From Macrostomum hystrix (lineage: Eukaryota > Animalia > Platyhelminthes), in contig CATNEN010000007.1 of assembly GCA_950097015.1 (NCBI GenBank), positions 10,106,001-10,170,000 on the forward strand: a stretch of DNA of 64,000 nucleotides, read 5' to 3'. Below, piece after piece: positions 24,046 through 43,700 of the stretch. Under the pieces are notes generated by a model. The model saw nothing but the letters and a program-made list of their open reading frames with translations. It did not search any database and was not told the origin of the DNA. How positions within the stretch are numbered: position 1 is the first letter of the stretch; each line of letters starts with the position of its first letter. The position numbers were made by a program, and so were the translations under genes.

Positions 24046-24463
24046 GATCATTGGGGTGAGATGTCAGTATTCATTGGAGTGAGATGTCAGTAGTCATTGG
24101 GGTGAGATGTCAGTAGTCATTGGTGTGAGATGTGAGTAGTCATTGGTGTGAGATGTCAGTAGTCATTGGTGTGAGATGTCAGTAGTCATTGGTGTGAGAT
24201 GTCAGTAGTTATTGGGGTGAGATGTCAGTAGTCATTGGTGTGAGATGTGAGTAGTCATTGGTGTGAGATGTCAGTAGTCATTGGTGTGAGATGTCAGTAG
24301 TCATTGGTGTGAGATGTGAGTAGTCATTGGTGTGAGATGTCAGTAGTTATTGGGGTGAGATGTGAGTAGCCATTGGTGTGAGATGTGAGTAGCCATTGGT
24401 GTGAGATGTGAGTAGCCATTGGTGTGAGATGTGAGTAGTCATTGGTGTGAGATATCAGTAGTC
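24046..24463. repeat. 23-bp minisatellite (GTCATTGGTGTGAGATGTCAGTA)n
   Basis: About 18 copies. Confidence 0.95.
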
Positions 24464-25103
24464 ACAGTAATATGAAACGATAGAGTCATACCAAAGTATA
24501 TACTCATTGGTAATATTTACAGCTGCAGTGTAGAGAAAATCTCGTATAAGATTAGCATCTAGTAAAAAAGTATGTGCTTCGTTATGTAGTAGGTGTCAAA
24601 ATTCTTAAATTTCTTTATATGAAGTGTTAATAAAGCTAAAAAAAATTTTGGGTGTGTAGAAAATAGTGTTTTTTAGCTGTTTCATTTCCAACATAAAAAA
24701 CTCATTTTTTTCCTGTGACTTTTTGCTGCTTGTCTGTCAAAAAACTTTTTCTTTCACGAGTGTCTCACCTACTGCATCTCTTACATGATACCCACTCTGC
24801 ACGCAAAGCCAATGTTCTATTTTGGCTTCGATTTAATCATTGAAAAAACGCTTTGAGTAGATTGAGCACGACTTCTTATGTTTATTTTCTTCTTGTCTTG
24901 TCTTTGCCTGCGAGAAATTATTTTCAGATTTTTTTCTGCGTCTTTTTTGTCGACAAGCAAAGACTGGAAATAAGATTTATAAGCAGCAAAGTGCTTATTT
25001 TATTTTGCATAAAATTTATCATCCTTGAATTTTTTAAGTCCGATTGCAGGCACAAAAAGTATTGGAATTAGAAGAATGCTGAGTCCTGAATATCCACTTA
25101 ATA

Positions 25104-26386
25104 TGACTAGATGGGTGCCGAGTATCTAGCTGGTGTGACTAGATGGGTGCCGAGTATCTAGCTGGTGTGACTAGATGGGTGCCGAGTATCTAGCTGGTGT
25201 GACTAGTTAGGTGCCGAGTATCTAGCTGGTGTGACTAGATGGGTGCCGAGTATCTAGCTGGTGTGACTAGATGGGTGCCGAGTATCTAGCTGGTGTGACT
25301 AGTTAGGTGCCGAGTATCTAGCTGGTGTGACTAGTTGGGTGCGAGTATCTAGCTGGTGTGACTAGTTGGGTGCCGAGTATCTAGCTGGTGTGACTAGTTG
25401 GGTGCCGAGTATCTAGCTGGTGTGACTAGATGGGTGCCGAGTATCTAGCTGGTGTGACTAGTTGGGTGCCGAGTATCTAGCTGGTGTGACTAGTTGGGTG
25501 CCGAGTATCTAGCTGGTGTGACTAGTTGGGTGCCGAGTATCTAGCTGGTGTGACTAGTTGGGTGCCGAGTATCTAGCTGGTGTGACTAGTTGGGTGCCGA
25601 GTATCTAGCTGGTGTGACTAGTTGGGTGCCGAGTATCTAGCTGGTGTGACTAGATGGGTGCCGAGTATCTAGCTGGTGTGACTAGTTGGGTGCCGAGTAT
25701 CTAGCTGGTGTGACTAGTTGGGTGCCGAGTATCTAGCTGGTGTGACTAGTTGGGTGCCGAGTATCTAGCTGGTGTGACTAGATGGGTGCCGAGTATCTAG
25801 CTGGTGTGACTAGTTGGGTGCCGAGTATCTAGCTGGTGTGACTAGATGGGTGCCGAGTATCTAGCTGGTGTGACTAGTTGGGTGCCGAGTATCTAGCTGG
25901 TGTGACTAGATGGGTGCCGAGTATCTAGCTGGTGTGACTAGTTGGGTGCCGAGTATCTAGCTGGTGTGACTAGTTGGGTGCCGAGTATCTAGCTGGTGTG
26001 ACTAGTTGGGTGCCGAGTATCTAGCTGGTGTGACTAGTTGGGTGCCGAGTATCTAGCTGGTGTGACTAGATGGGTGCCGAGTATCTAGCTGGTGTGACTA
26101 GTTGGGTGCCGAGTATCTAGCTGGTGTGACTAGATGGGTGCCGAGTATCTAGCTGGTGTGACTAGTTGGGTGCCGAGTATCTAGCTGGTGTGACTAGATG
26201 GGTGCCGAGTATCTAGCTGGTGTGACTAGTTGGGTGCCGAGTATCTAGCTGGTGTGACTAGATGGGTGCCGAGTATCTAGCTGGTGTGACTAGTTGGGTG
26301 CCGAGTATCTAGCTGGTGTGACTAGTTGGGTGCCGAGTATCTAGCTGGTGTGACTAGATGGGTGCCGAGTATCTAGCTGGTGTGAC
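25104..26386. repeat. 32-bp minisatellite (TGACTAG[T/A]TGGGTGCCGAGTATCTAGCTGGTG)n
   Basis: About 40 highly homogeneous copies ending about 70 bp before the SPG7 ATG. Confidence 0.97.
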
Positions 26387-26455
26387 AGACTGGTGAAAAA
26401 ACTGCGATTGACATGTCCTCTTTGAACCCACCAGCCTAGCGACTGCGCTTTAAGA

Positions 26456-32690
<6,235 letters not shown>

Positions 32691-32876
32691 GGCGGCCAGC
32701 GAGTGCGTTTGCTTATCCAGCGCTGCTCAGCATTGAGTCCTTAGCAATGATGATTTCAGGACCGCTTCAGGATTATCCACAAGGCATTCAAGACATTCAA
32801 CTCATTGTTACTCAATCAACCCTGCTGATCATGCTCCGCCCACACAAATTTCTCAACCTCAAAACTCTCCTCCAAC

Positions 32877-33138
32877 AAACTCCACCCCACTGATCCCTAC
32901 CCACCAAACTCCACCCCACTGATCCCTACCCACCAAACTCCACCCCACTGATCCCTACCCACCAAACTCCACCCCACTGATCCCTACCCACCAAACTCCA
33001 CCCCACTGATCCCTACCCAACAAACTCCACCCCACTGATCCCTACCCACCAAACTCCACCCCACTGATCCCTACCCACCAAACTCCACCCCACTGATCCC
33101 TACCCACCAAACTCCACCCCACTGATCCCTACCCACCA
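32877..33138. repeat. 29-bp minisatellite (AAACTCCACCCCACTGATCCCTACCCACC)n downstream of SPG7 stop
   Basis: About 9 copies. Confidence 0.95.
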
Positions 33139-33451
33139 GAGCGTAAGCTTTGCGAGGTTCAGATTTGCACTTTTACTTCTTGAGAATTTAGTTAAATAAA
33201 TTCCTCCGAACTGTTATTTTAGTTTTATTTTTGGCTCATTTGCCTTTGATGAAATCAATGTGTGAATATACTAGAAGCAGAACGGTGCTTTCCCGCCTTT
33301 TTGAAAGCAGCTCGGGCACTTGATGTCCTCCCGGCAATTTCTGTTTTGTCTTTATTTCAGTTCTGTACTTAAAATGTACTCTTAGGTTCTATGCGGACTG
33401 TCAAAGTTGCTGAATACCAGTTGTCTATGGTTCAAACTTCCATTGTTCCAG

Positions 33452-35001
33452 CTGAACCACAGCGGTGGCAACCAGCAGCCTTGCTGCCGCTGCGCCAGTC
33501 ACGTGACCGTCAACGTGGCCTCTCAAGCGGCCGAACTGGCCGCTCTGTCCGCCTCGCACGAGCGTCTTCTGGCCGACAACGGCGTGTCGAAGGCCGTCCG
33601 ATCCGCCGTGCTGGTCTGCCTGGCCTGCGACTGCCCGAGGCCCGGCGAGGCCGGCTGGACGTCGGCGGCCGCGGAGACGACGGACCTACCGAGTCCGAGG
33701 GTGCTGCTCACTAAGCGGTCGACAAGGCTGACGTCATTCTCTGGCCAGGTGGGTCTCTGATGGCATTGAGCTTCTAGTCCTTCAGAGCTGCGATATTGTC
33801 TATTTGTCCTACTTCTAACCCCACTCTACTTGGTTTCTATGTGGTCATTGTCCCCCGTTATTCAGGGTCATTGCCCCTTGTAATCAAGGGCCATTGTCTC
33901 TAGTTACTGAGGGCCATCGTTCTCAGTTATTCATGGCCATTGTCTCCCATTTTAAAGGGTTCTCTAAGGGGGTGAGTTTCAGAGCGGTTAACGCGTTTGC
34001 CTCTCGCAACAAGGTCCCTGAGTTCGATTCCGCGGCGAGGCCACATTTATTTGGGGCGCAGCCGCGGAGAGAAGGCTGTTGGCTTGTCGTCCTCAATTTC
34101 AATTCGCCCTTGAGGGCCAGCCTACAAGGCACAGTGAGAGTGTACACTGCTTGACGATAAGAAAGTCATGGCAGATGTACACACCTGCATGAGTGTATGC
34201 CTGCGTACAGTATCCGTGTGCGTGTGTGCTCAGGAGTCAGCGAAACGGGCAGAATTGCCCAATGATATGCCATTGCCTGCAGCCCTCCTGAAATTATGAT
34301 TATTGTTTTTATTATTTCTTTTATTCAGAGTCCTCTAATCAGTCCTTCAGGTTCCTCTAATGGGTCCTTCAGGGTCCTCTAATCTGTCCTTCAGGGTCCT
34401 TTAATCTTTCCTTCGGTCCTCTAATCTTGCTCTCAGGCTTTAACCTCAGAGCCGCCCACCAACCCGCCAGGTGTCATTCCCGGGTGGCAAGTCAGATCCC
34501 GGCTCAGACGCGGGCCCGGTTGACACGGCCTTGAGGGAGGCCGCCGAGGAGGTCGGCCTGCTGCCGGACCAGGTGCGGGTGCTAGCGGTGCTGCCGGTGC
34601 TGCCCATCGGCCGGCACCTGGTCACGCCGGTGCTGGCCTACCTGGCGCCTCGGCTCAGCCAGATTCAACTGGCGCCGAATCCGGACGAAGTCGAGGAGCT
34701 GCTGACTCCGCCGCTTCTCTGGGCGCTGCCAGGTGGCGACGCCTCCGACAGCCGGCTTGAGTTTCGCCGACGCCGCCTGGCCCGCTGGCTGGACTGCGAG
34801 TTCCCCGTCCTGCCGCTGCGGCCCGGCCTCGCCGTGTTCGGCTTCACCTGCCACCTGCTGGTGCTGACCGCCTGCCTCTGCTGCCGGCAGTTCCCGCAGT
34901 ACCCGCTGGCGCCCTTCTGCCACGGCCTGCTGCTGCTGGGCCTACTGGCCGGCGAAGGACTTCTGCTTCCGGATCCCAACCGGCTGCTCTGCCGGCTCTG
35001 A
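33452..35001 (+). CDS. NUDT7: CoA diphosphatase-type Nudix hydrolase (NUDT7/NUDT8 family) with C-terminal PTS1 (-CRL); 2 exons, no Met codon in either
   Basis: Exons 33452-33748 and 34471-35001 (828 nt, phase 0). Motifs: SAVLVCL, the UPF0035 motif VLLTKRSTRLTSFSGQ|VSFPGG, Nudix box GKSD...TALREAAEEVGL, VTPVLA, PNPDEVEE and VFGFT; the protein ends in CRL*. Confidence 0.85.
33968..34316 (+). mobile_element. tRNA-derived SINE, copy B (in NUDT7 intron)
   Basis: A-box-like CAGAGCGGTTAACGC and B-box GAGTTCGATTC, a body shared with copies A and C, and a TTA-rich tail. Confidence 0.82.
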
Positions 35002-35099
35002 CTGCGCTCTGCGAGTGGCCGTCCTCATCGCAGCCCGGCCGTCTTTATTAAAGCGCTTATCCTGTGATCCCCATTTTTTCATCTGAATTCCTTATTCCG

Positions 35100-35432
35100 A
35101 AATATTATCCCAAACATCACTATGAGTATTACATATATCTGAATTGCTAATCCCAAATATCCCGTTATTATCCCAAATATCCCGATTATTGTCCCAAATA
35201 TCCCTATTAGTATCCCAAATATCCCGATTATTATCCCACATATCCCGATTATTATCCTAAATATCCCGATTATTATATCAAATATCCCTATTATTATCCC
35301 AAATATCCCTATTATTATATCAAATATCCCTATTATTATCCCAAATATCCCGATTATTATCCCAAATATCCCTATTATTATCCCAAATATCCCGATTATT
35401 ATCCCAAATATTCCTATTATTATCCCAAACAT
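35100..35432. repeat. 21-bp minisatellite (ATTATCCCAAATATCCC[G/T]ATT)n
   Basis: About 14 copies. Confidence 0.9.
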
Positions 35433-37707
35433 CCTTGTTGTTAACCCAAGTATCTATAATACTCTCGAATTGTCCTTAATATATTACAAAGACTATTCCG
35501 ATTGTTATCCTAAAAATAAAATGTTGTCCCTTAAATTAGTTTCATCCCAAATATTTGCAGACTAGATTCAGAGTGTACTCTTACAGGTTTCGTAGCAACC
35601 CGAAATTCTTTCTGAACTCATCCTAGCTGTACAATTAGTCAGTTCTGATCGTGTTAATGGAATCGCATTTCAATGAGTGTTTTGTTGATTTGTACTTTTG
35701 ATTTGATTTCAATTAACTCTCTCATCTTCTTCAGCTTTCATATTGGCTTTGAGGACATTCCATTCGGATGTACAAATATTTATTCAACCATTTTAGCGTG
35801 TGCGCCATAGCCTACTTTAAGTAGACATGCATGAGTTTTTTTCGTAGTGTTTCTCTCTTATTCAGGCATTAATTGATTAAATTGAATGCCATTCCAGCCG
35901 TGTGCATTTTCAGTTTGGCCTATTGACTAATAAGTTTCTTATCGCTCACACAAAATCGACACGAGGCCAATGCGCCCAACCAGTTGCACTTGTTCGCATT
36001 GTTGGCTGCCTACTTTTGGGGCAGCCCCACCAGCTGCTGCTTATTGGGCGTAAATCTTAATCCGCACTAGGGCTGGCTGAGAATCAGTTCGGGCCAGGCA
36101 GCTGCAGACCAAATCCCAGTTTAATTTATGGCCGTTTTTACCTGCCCACTTTTGTTAGAATTCCTCGCATTCTTATTTCACTGATTTTACTCGTAGACTG
36201 GACCAACAACAGACAGACAGGCAGGTGGACAGACACCTGAGAGATTAGAAGACAGGCAGGTGGACAGACACCTGAGAGATTAGAAGACAGGCAGTTGGAC
36301 AGACAGCTGAATTCTTTGATTTATCCGCTCGTCGTTTTCCTTCGGCAGCGTCTCGAAACTTAGCCAGCCGACTGAATGATTCATGCCCGAATTGATCGGG
36401 CTGGGATAGAAATTGAGAAATAAGTAATGCGAGTTTTTTCTGCTGGAGAAATTCGATAGCGACTGGGCCCTTGTTTTTTCCTGTTGTAATATGAATGCAA
36501 AATATTAGGCTGGGTCTAGCTGCTTGCCTGCTTATCTGTGAGGATCCTGTTTAGCACTTTGCTTCTTGTGAAGGGAATGCAAAAAAAACACTTTAAAATC
36601 CCTACATGCCTTGTTGGGACACATCTTTTGGGATTTCTTCTGAATCCTGCTCTGCCCCCCACCCCCCCGACTGGCAGCTTTTATTATTCCCCGACCCGAC
36701 TGCGGCAACAGGGGCGGGGATGGGGCCGGCAGCTCATCTCGTCCCTATCGCCAGATCCCTTCCTACTCGACCTCTCTCAAATCCGATCACCCTGTCTGGG
36801 TATCCCATCCAGTCCAATCGGGAAAGCGATTTGTGTATATATATTTCCCAATTTCTCGCTTCCCCTGCCTTCCTAACTCGCCTCATACCGCCCGACCTCA
36901 TCCCGAATCCCAAGCCGCTTTGCCTTGTCTCTGTTTTGCTCTCAATTTATCCCCTCTCGCCTCTCCCCCTTCAGCCCCACTCCTCCGGGATGGAAGTCGC
37001 TAGAGCTGCTGATTGATGACTGCCGCGTCCTGCCAGGCGCCCCTCTTAGCTATTCTGGAACTCTCGCCCGCCTGACAGCCCGTGTGCCGCGGCCTCCTAT
37101 TCTCCTTGGCCCGGGGACTTATTTGAGCTGGGCTCCTAGCAGTCGGTGCACTTTCGCTCTCCGCTCGCCTCCGCTTTTAGTCCATTGAGCAAGATTAGTG
37201 ACTAGCTCAGACACGCGATAAGGCCTTCTTAGCCGGAGAGCAAATTCAATCGGCAAGGCGAGATAAGAGAGCGTGAGCTAACGCCAAACAGCAGGCGGGC
37301 CTACCGACTTTGGCCACAGCTGGACTCCGCCAATCCGCTTGACCCACCCCTGTCCGCCACCCCAGTTTCTTGCTGTTTAGTCGCTGCAAGCAGGCGGCGG
37401 TGTCGGATTCAATAAGCCAGTACAGCCAGATCCCGCCTCACTTTCGAATCTGCATTGCAGCTGCGTCGGAGGATCGGCCGGTCCGTTGTCCCTCCTTCTC
37501 CCCTAGGCTTGAGCTTCTTCCTCTCTGTCTCTGACCCTCTGTCCGCCTGTCCCGTCTCGCGTTTCCAACCAATTGTTGACGTCCGCTGGAGGCACCGGCC
37601 AAAGGAGGCGAGGCGCGGGGGACAGCTCCATCGGCGCCGCCTCGCTATTTTTAGGGGGCGCTCGCGGAGCCTGGCAGCCAAGCACGAGTTGACGTCCTCG
37701 AGCCAGC

Positions 37708-40700
37708 ATGTCGGCCGCCGCCGTTCCGCCGTCAGCGCAGCAGCCGCAGACAGCTGCCCTGTACGCCGGCTATGACGAGGACCTGTCAGAGAATCCGTTC
37801 TTTCTGAGGCTTAAGACCGACGCGGCCTCCATCTACAACAGTGCGGCCGCCAAAGGATGGCTGGTAAGGCGTTGCATCTTTGGGCGAATGTCTGTTGATT
37901 GGGGTGTCTTTTCTGTGGATTTAGGTGTTTTTGATGTGGATTTAGGTGTCTTTGATGTGGATTTGGGTGTTTTTGATGTGGATTTGGGTGTCTTTGATGT
38001 GGATTTGGGTGTCTTTGTAGATTTGTGTGTCTTTGATGTGGATTCGGGAGTCTTTGGGTGTCTTTGATGTGGATTTGGGTGTCTTTGATGTGGATTTGGG
38101 TGTCTTTGATGTGGATTCGGGAGTCTTTGGGTGTCTTTGATGTGGATTTGGGTGTCTTTGATGTGGATTTGGGTGTCTTTGATGTGGATTCGGGTGTCTT
38201 TGGGTGTCTTTGATGTGGATTTGGGTGTCTTTGATGTGGATTTGGGTGTCTTTGGGTGTTTTTTATATGGATTTGGGTGTCTTTGGGTGTCTTCGATGTG
38301 GATTTGGGTGTCTTTGGGTGTCTTTGATGTGGATTTGGGTGTCTTTGGGTGTCTTTGATGTGGATTTGGGTGTCTTTGATGTGGATTTGGGTGTCTTTGA
38401 TGTGGATTCGGGAGTCTTTGGGTGTCTTTGATGTGGATTTGGGTGTCTTTGATGTGGATTTGGGTGTCTTTGATGTGGATTCGGGTGTCTTTAAGTGTCT
38501 TTGATGTGGATTTGGGTGTCTTTGATGTGGATTCGGGTGTCTTTGGGTGTCTTTGATGTGGATTTGGGTGTCTTTGGGTGTTTTTTATATGGATTTGGGT
38601 GTCTTTGGGTGTCTTTGATGTGGATTTGGGTGTCTTTGGGTGTCTTCGATGTGGATTTGGGTGTCTTTGGGTGTCTTTGATGTGGATTTGGGTGTCTTTG
38701 ATGTGGATTTGGGTGTCTTTGATGTGGATTTGGGTGTCTTTGATGTGGATTTGGGTGTCTTTGGGTGTCTTTGATGTGGATTTGGGTGTCTTCGATGTGG
38801 ATTTGGGTGTCTTTGGGTGTCTTTGATGTGGATTTGGGTGTCTTTGATGTGGATTTGGGTGTCTTTGATGTGGATTTGGGTGTCTTTGATGTGGATTCGG
38901 GAGTCTTTGGGTGTCTTTGATGTGGATTTGGGTGTCTTTGATGTGGATTTGGGTGTCTTTGATGTGGATTCGGGTGTCTTTGGGTGTCTTTGATGTGGAT
39001 TTGGGTGTCTTTGATGTGGATTTGGGTGTCTTTGGGTGTTTTTTATATGGATTTGGGTGTCTTTGGGTGTCTTCGATGTGGATTTGGGTGTCTTTGGGTG
39101 TCTTTGATGTGGATTTGGGTGTCTTTGGGTGTCTTTGATGTGGATTTGGGTGTCTTTGATGTGGATTTGGGTGTCTTTGATGTGGATTCGGGAGTCTTTG
39201 GGTGTCTTTGATGTGGATTTGGGTGTCTTTGATGTGGATTTGGGTGTCTTTGATGTGGATTCGGGTGTCTTTAAGTGTCTTTGATGTGGATTTGGGTGTC
39301 TTTGATGTGGATTCGGGTGTCTTTGGGTGTCTTTGATGTGGATTTGGGTGTCTTTGATGTGGATTTGGGTGTCTTTGGGTGTTTTTTATATGGATTTGGG
39401 TGTCTTTGGGTGTCTTCGATGTGGATTTGGGTGTCTTTGGGTGTCTTTAATGTGGATTTGGGTGTCTTTGGGTGTCTTTGATGTGGATTTGGGTGTCTTT
39501 GATGTGGATTTGGGTGTCTTTGATGTGGATTCGGGAGTCTTTGGGTGTCTTTGATGTGGATTTGGGTGTCTTTGATGTGGATTTGGGTGTCTTTGATGTG
39601 GATTCGGGTGTCTTTAAGTGTCTTTGATGTGGATTTGGGTGTCTTTGATGTGGATTCGGGTGTCTTTGGGTGTCTTTGATGTGGATTTGGGTGTCTTTGG
39701 GTGTTTTTTATATGGATTTGGGTGTCTTTGGGTGTCTTCGATGTGGATTTGGGTGTCTTTGGGTGTCTTTGATGTGGATTTGGGTGTCTTTGGGTGTCTT
39801 CGATGTGGATTTGGGTGTCTTTGGGTGTCTTTGATGTGGATTTGGGTGTCTTTGATGTGGATTTGGGTGTCTTTGATGTGGATTTGGGTGTCTTTGATGT
39901 GGATTTGGGTGTCTTTGGGTGTCTTTGATGTGGATTTGGGTGTCTTCGATGTGGATTTGGGTGTCTTTGGGTGTCTTTGATGTGGATTTGGGTGTCTTCG
40001 ATGTGGATTTGGGTGTCTTTGGGTGTCTTTGATGTGGATTTGGGTGTCTTTGATGTGGATTTGGGTGTCTTTGATGTGGATTTGGGTGTCTTTCAGTGTC
40101 TTTGATGTGGATTTGGGTGTCTTTCAGTGTCTTTGATGTGGATTTGGGTGTCTTTGATGTGGATTTGGGTGTCTTTGATGTGGATTTGGGTGTCTTTGGG
40201 TGTCTTTGATGTGGATTTAGGTGTCTTTGGGTGTCTTCGATGTGGATTTGGGCGTCTTTGGGTGTCTTTGATGTGGATTTGGGTGTCTTTGATGTGGATT
40301 TGGGTGTCTTTGATGTGGATTTGGGTGTCTTTCAGTGTCTTTGATGTGGATTTGGGTGTCTTTGATGTGGATTTGGGTGTCTTTGGGTGTCTTCGATGTG
40401 GATTTGGGTGTCTTTGGGTGTCTTTGATGTGGATTTGGGTGTCTTTGATGTGGATTTGGGTGTCTTTCAGTGTCTTTGATGTGGATTTGGGTGTCTTTGA
40501 TGTGGATTTGGGTGTCTTTGGGTGTCTTTGATGTGGATTTTGGTGTCTTTGGGTGTCTTCGATGTGGATTTGGGCGTCTTTGGGTGTCTTTGATGTGGAT
40601 TTGGGTGTCTTTGATGTGGATTTGGGTGTCTTTGATGTGGATTTGGGTGTCTTTGATGTGGATTTGGGTGTCTTTGATGTGGATTTGGGTGTCTTTGATG

Positions 40701-43700
40701 TGGATTTGGGTGTCTTTCAGTGTCTTTGATGTGGATTTGGGTGTCTTTGATGTGGATTTGGGTGTCTTTGGGTGTCTTCTATGTGGATTTGGGTGTCTTT
40801 GGGTGTCTTTGATGTGGATTTGGGTGTCTTTGATGTGGATTTGGGTGTCTTTCAGTGTCTTTGATGTGGATTTGGGTGTCTTTGATGTGGATTTGGGTGT
40901 CTTTGATGTGGATTTGGGTGTCTTCGATGTGGATTTGGGTGTCTTTGGGTGTCTTTGATGTGGATTTGGGTGTCTTCGATGTGGATTTGGGTGTCTTTGG
41001 GTGTCTTTGATGTGGATTTGGGTGTCTTTGGGTGTCTTTGATGTGGATATGGGTGTCTTTGATGTGGATTTGGGTGTCTTTGATGTGGATTTGGGTGTCT
41101 TTGATGTGGATTTGGGTGTCTTTGGGTGTCTTCGATGTGGATTTGGGTGTCTTTGGGTGTCTTTGATGTGGATTTGGGTGTCTTTCAGTGTCTTTGATGT
41201 GGATTTGGGTGTCCTTGATGTGGATTTTGTGTCTTTGATGTGGATTTGGGTGTCTTTGATGTGGATTTGGGTGTCTTTGATGTGGATTTGGGTGTCTTTG
41301 GGTGTCTTTGATGTGGATTTGGGTGTCTTTGATGTGGATTTGGGTGTCTTTGATGTGGATTTGGGTGTCTTTCTGTGGATTTGGGTGTCTTTTAGGTGGA
41401 TTTGGGTGTCTTTCTGTGGATTTTGTGTCTTTTAGGTGGATTTGGGTGTTCTATTAATTTGTGTGCCTTCCTTTAGGATAGGGAGTCATATGGCGGGCTA
41501 GGGTGTTCGCGGATGCTAAAGGGCATCTGAAAATGACATTTGTGACTTTAATTCCCGACTCCATCCACCGCCAGGTGTGCGTGCCCCGTCTGGGCAGCTT
41601 CTCAGATGAGACGCCTCCCGACGAGAACGACTTCCTCAGCCACATCCTGGTGGCGGTGAGCGTGGATGACGGATCCTACAAGACCCTGAAGAATCAGGTC
41701 AGGAAGAATACTGGTGTGTCAGGGAGGATACTGGGGTGTCAGGAAGAATACTGCTGTGTCAGGGAGGATACTGGGTGTCAGGAAGAATACTGGGTGTCAG
41801 AAAGAATACTGGTGTGTCAGGGAGGATACTGGGTGTCAGGAAGAATACTGGTGTGTCAGGGAGGATACTGGGTGTCAGGAAGAATACTGGTGTGTCAGGG
41901 AGGATACTGGGGTGTCAGGGAGGATACTGGGGTGTCAGGTACGGTACTGGTGTTTCAGGGAGGATACTGGGGTGTCAGAAAGAATACTGGTGTGTCAGGG
42001 AGGATACTGGGTGTCAGGAAGAATACTGGTGTGTCAGGGAGGATACTGGCTGTCAGGAAGAATACTGGTGTGTCAGGGAGGATACTGGGTGTCAGGAAGA
42101 ATACTGGTGTGTCAGGGAGGATACTGGTGTGTCAGGGAGGATACTGGGGTGTCAGGTACGGTACTGGTGTTTCAGGGAGGATACTGGGGTGTCAGTAAGA
42201 ATACTGCTGTGTCAGGGAGGATACTGGGTGTCACGAAGAATACTGGTGTGTCAGGGAGGATACTGGGTGTCAGGAAGAATACTGGTGTGTCAGGGAGGAT
42301 ACTGGGTGTCAGGAAGAATACTGGTGTGTCAGGGAGGATACTGGGGTGTCAGGTACGGTACTGGTGTTTCAGGGAGGATACTGGTGTTTCAGGGAGGATG
42401 CTGGGGTGTCAGGGAGGATACTGGGGTGTCAGGGAGGATACCGAGGTTTCAGGTAGGGTACTAAGGTTTCAGGGAGGATACTGGGGTGTCAGGTAGGGTA
42501 CTGGGGTTTCAGGGAGGATACTGGGGATATCAGCACAGACCAATGGTAGCAAAAGAAACAGAAAGTCGTTAACGTTTTCGACCCTCAGCGAGTGCAGCAG
42601 GTCGGCCGCGCCCTCCGCACAGGCGAAGGCTTCGAGCACGCCAAGGAGGCGCTGATCCTGTTTGACGAGCTGTTCGTGCTGGACTCCGGCCACCGTCACC
42701 GGGTGCTGTGCCTGAGCGAGCCGCTGACCGGGCCGCCAGCCGAGCCGGCCACCCCGCTGACTGGCGGCTCGGAGCCCTGGGGCGGCGGCCCGGTGTTCAC
42801 GCTGTCCAGCCTGGACGACTGCGCCCAGCTGCTGTTCGGCAAGGCCTCGCGCGAGACCCGCCTGCGCCAGCGGCTGGAGTCGGCCATCGCCGCCTTCTGC
42901 CACGGTCTCAGCTGCACGGACTTCGAGAGCGTCGACCAGTGCGTGCGGGCCGTGCAGGATCTGTACTCTTCCTGCCTCCACTCGGCGCTAAAAGATTCCC
43001 GGATTGTGAGTAGCTTCCGCCAGCTCTGGTACTGTTCAGTCCATGCTACTTGGACTGCTCAATCCCTCCTACTTGTTGGACTGCTCAATCCATTCTTCTT
43101 GTTGGACTGCTCAATCCATTCTTCTTGTTGGACTGCTCAATCTGTCCTACTTGTTTGACTGCTCAATCCATTCTTCTTGTTGGACTGCTCGATCCCTCCT
43201 ACTTGTTGAACTGCTCAATCCATCCTACTTGTTAGACTGCTCAATCTCTCCTACTTGTTTGACTGCTCAATCCATCCTACTTATTAGACTGCTCAATCCC
43301 TCCTACTTGCTTGACTGCTCAATCCATCCTACTTGTTTGACTGCTCAATCCATCCTACTTGTTTGACTGCTCAATCCATCCTACTTGTTTGACTGCTCAA
43401 TCCATTCTAATTATTGTGCTGCTCACACCGGTGGAATAACTTAAAACAGGTGACAAGAAATTGCATTGAAGCGAGCTCCGATTCAGCCAAATGCTCAATC
43501 TCAAATATCTGGTCATTTAAAACGCTTATCGGAAATTTCGAAACTTGTTTGAGCATTAGACGGAGCCGCGCCAAAGCACTTTAAAATGCATTTTATTAAG
43601 CTTTTCTGTCATCTACTCATGCTCAGGACTACGTGAGCTCACTTAGCGTGAAATTAAACTTCGTTTTTTTAATTGCGTCACGACTTCTTTGCTTTGAACT

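Noticed and set aside
25104-26386. CRISPR-like appearance of 28-33-bp repeats (also 28245-28850 with palindromic units, 6052-6905, 53818-54560)
   Set aside because: Units are directly adjacent with no unique spacers, there are no cas genes and the context is eukaryotic.
33374-33385. ATG at 33374 as the NUDT7 start
   Set aside because: It is in frame but followed by TAG after three codons (M-Y-S-stop); readthrough would require translating intron-like sequence.
33968-34045. tRNA gene
   Set aside because: The acceptor and anticodon stems do not pair properly and the sequence continues into a shared SINE body.
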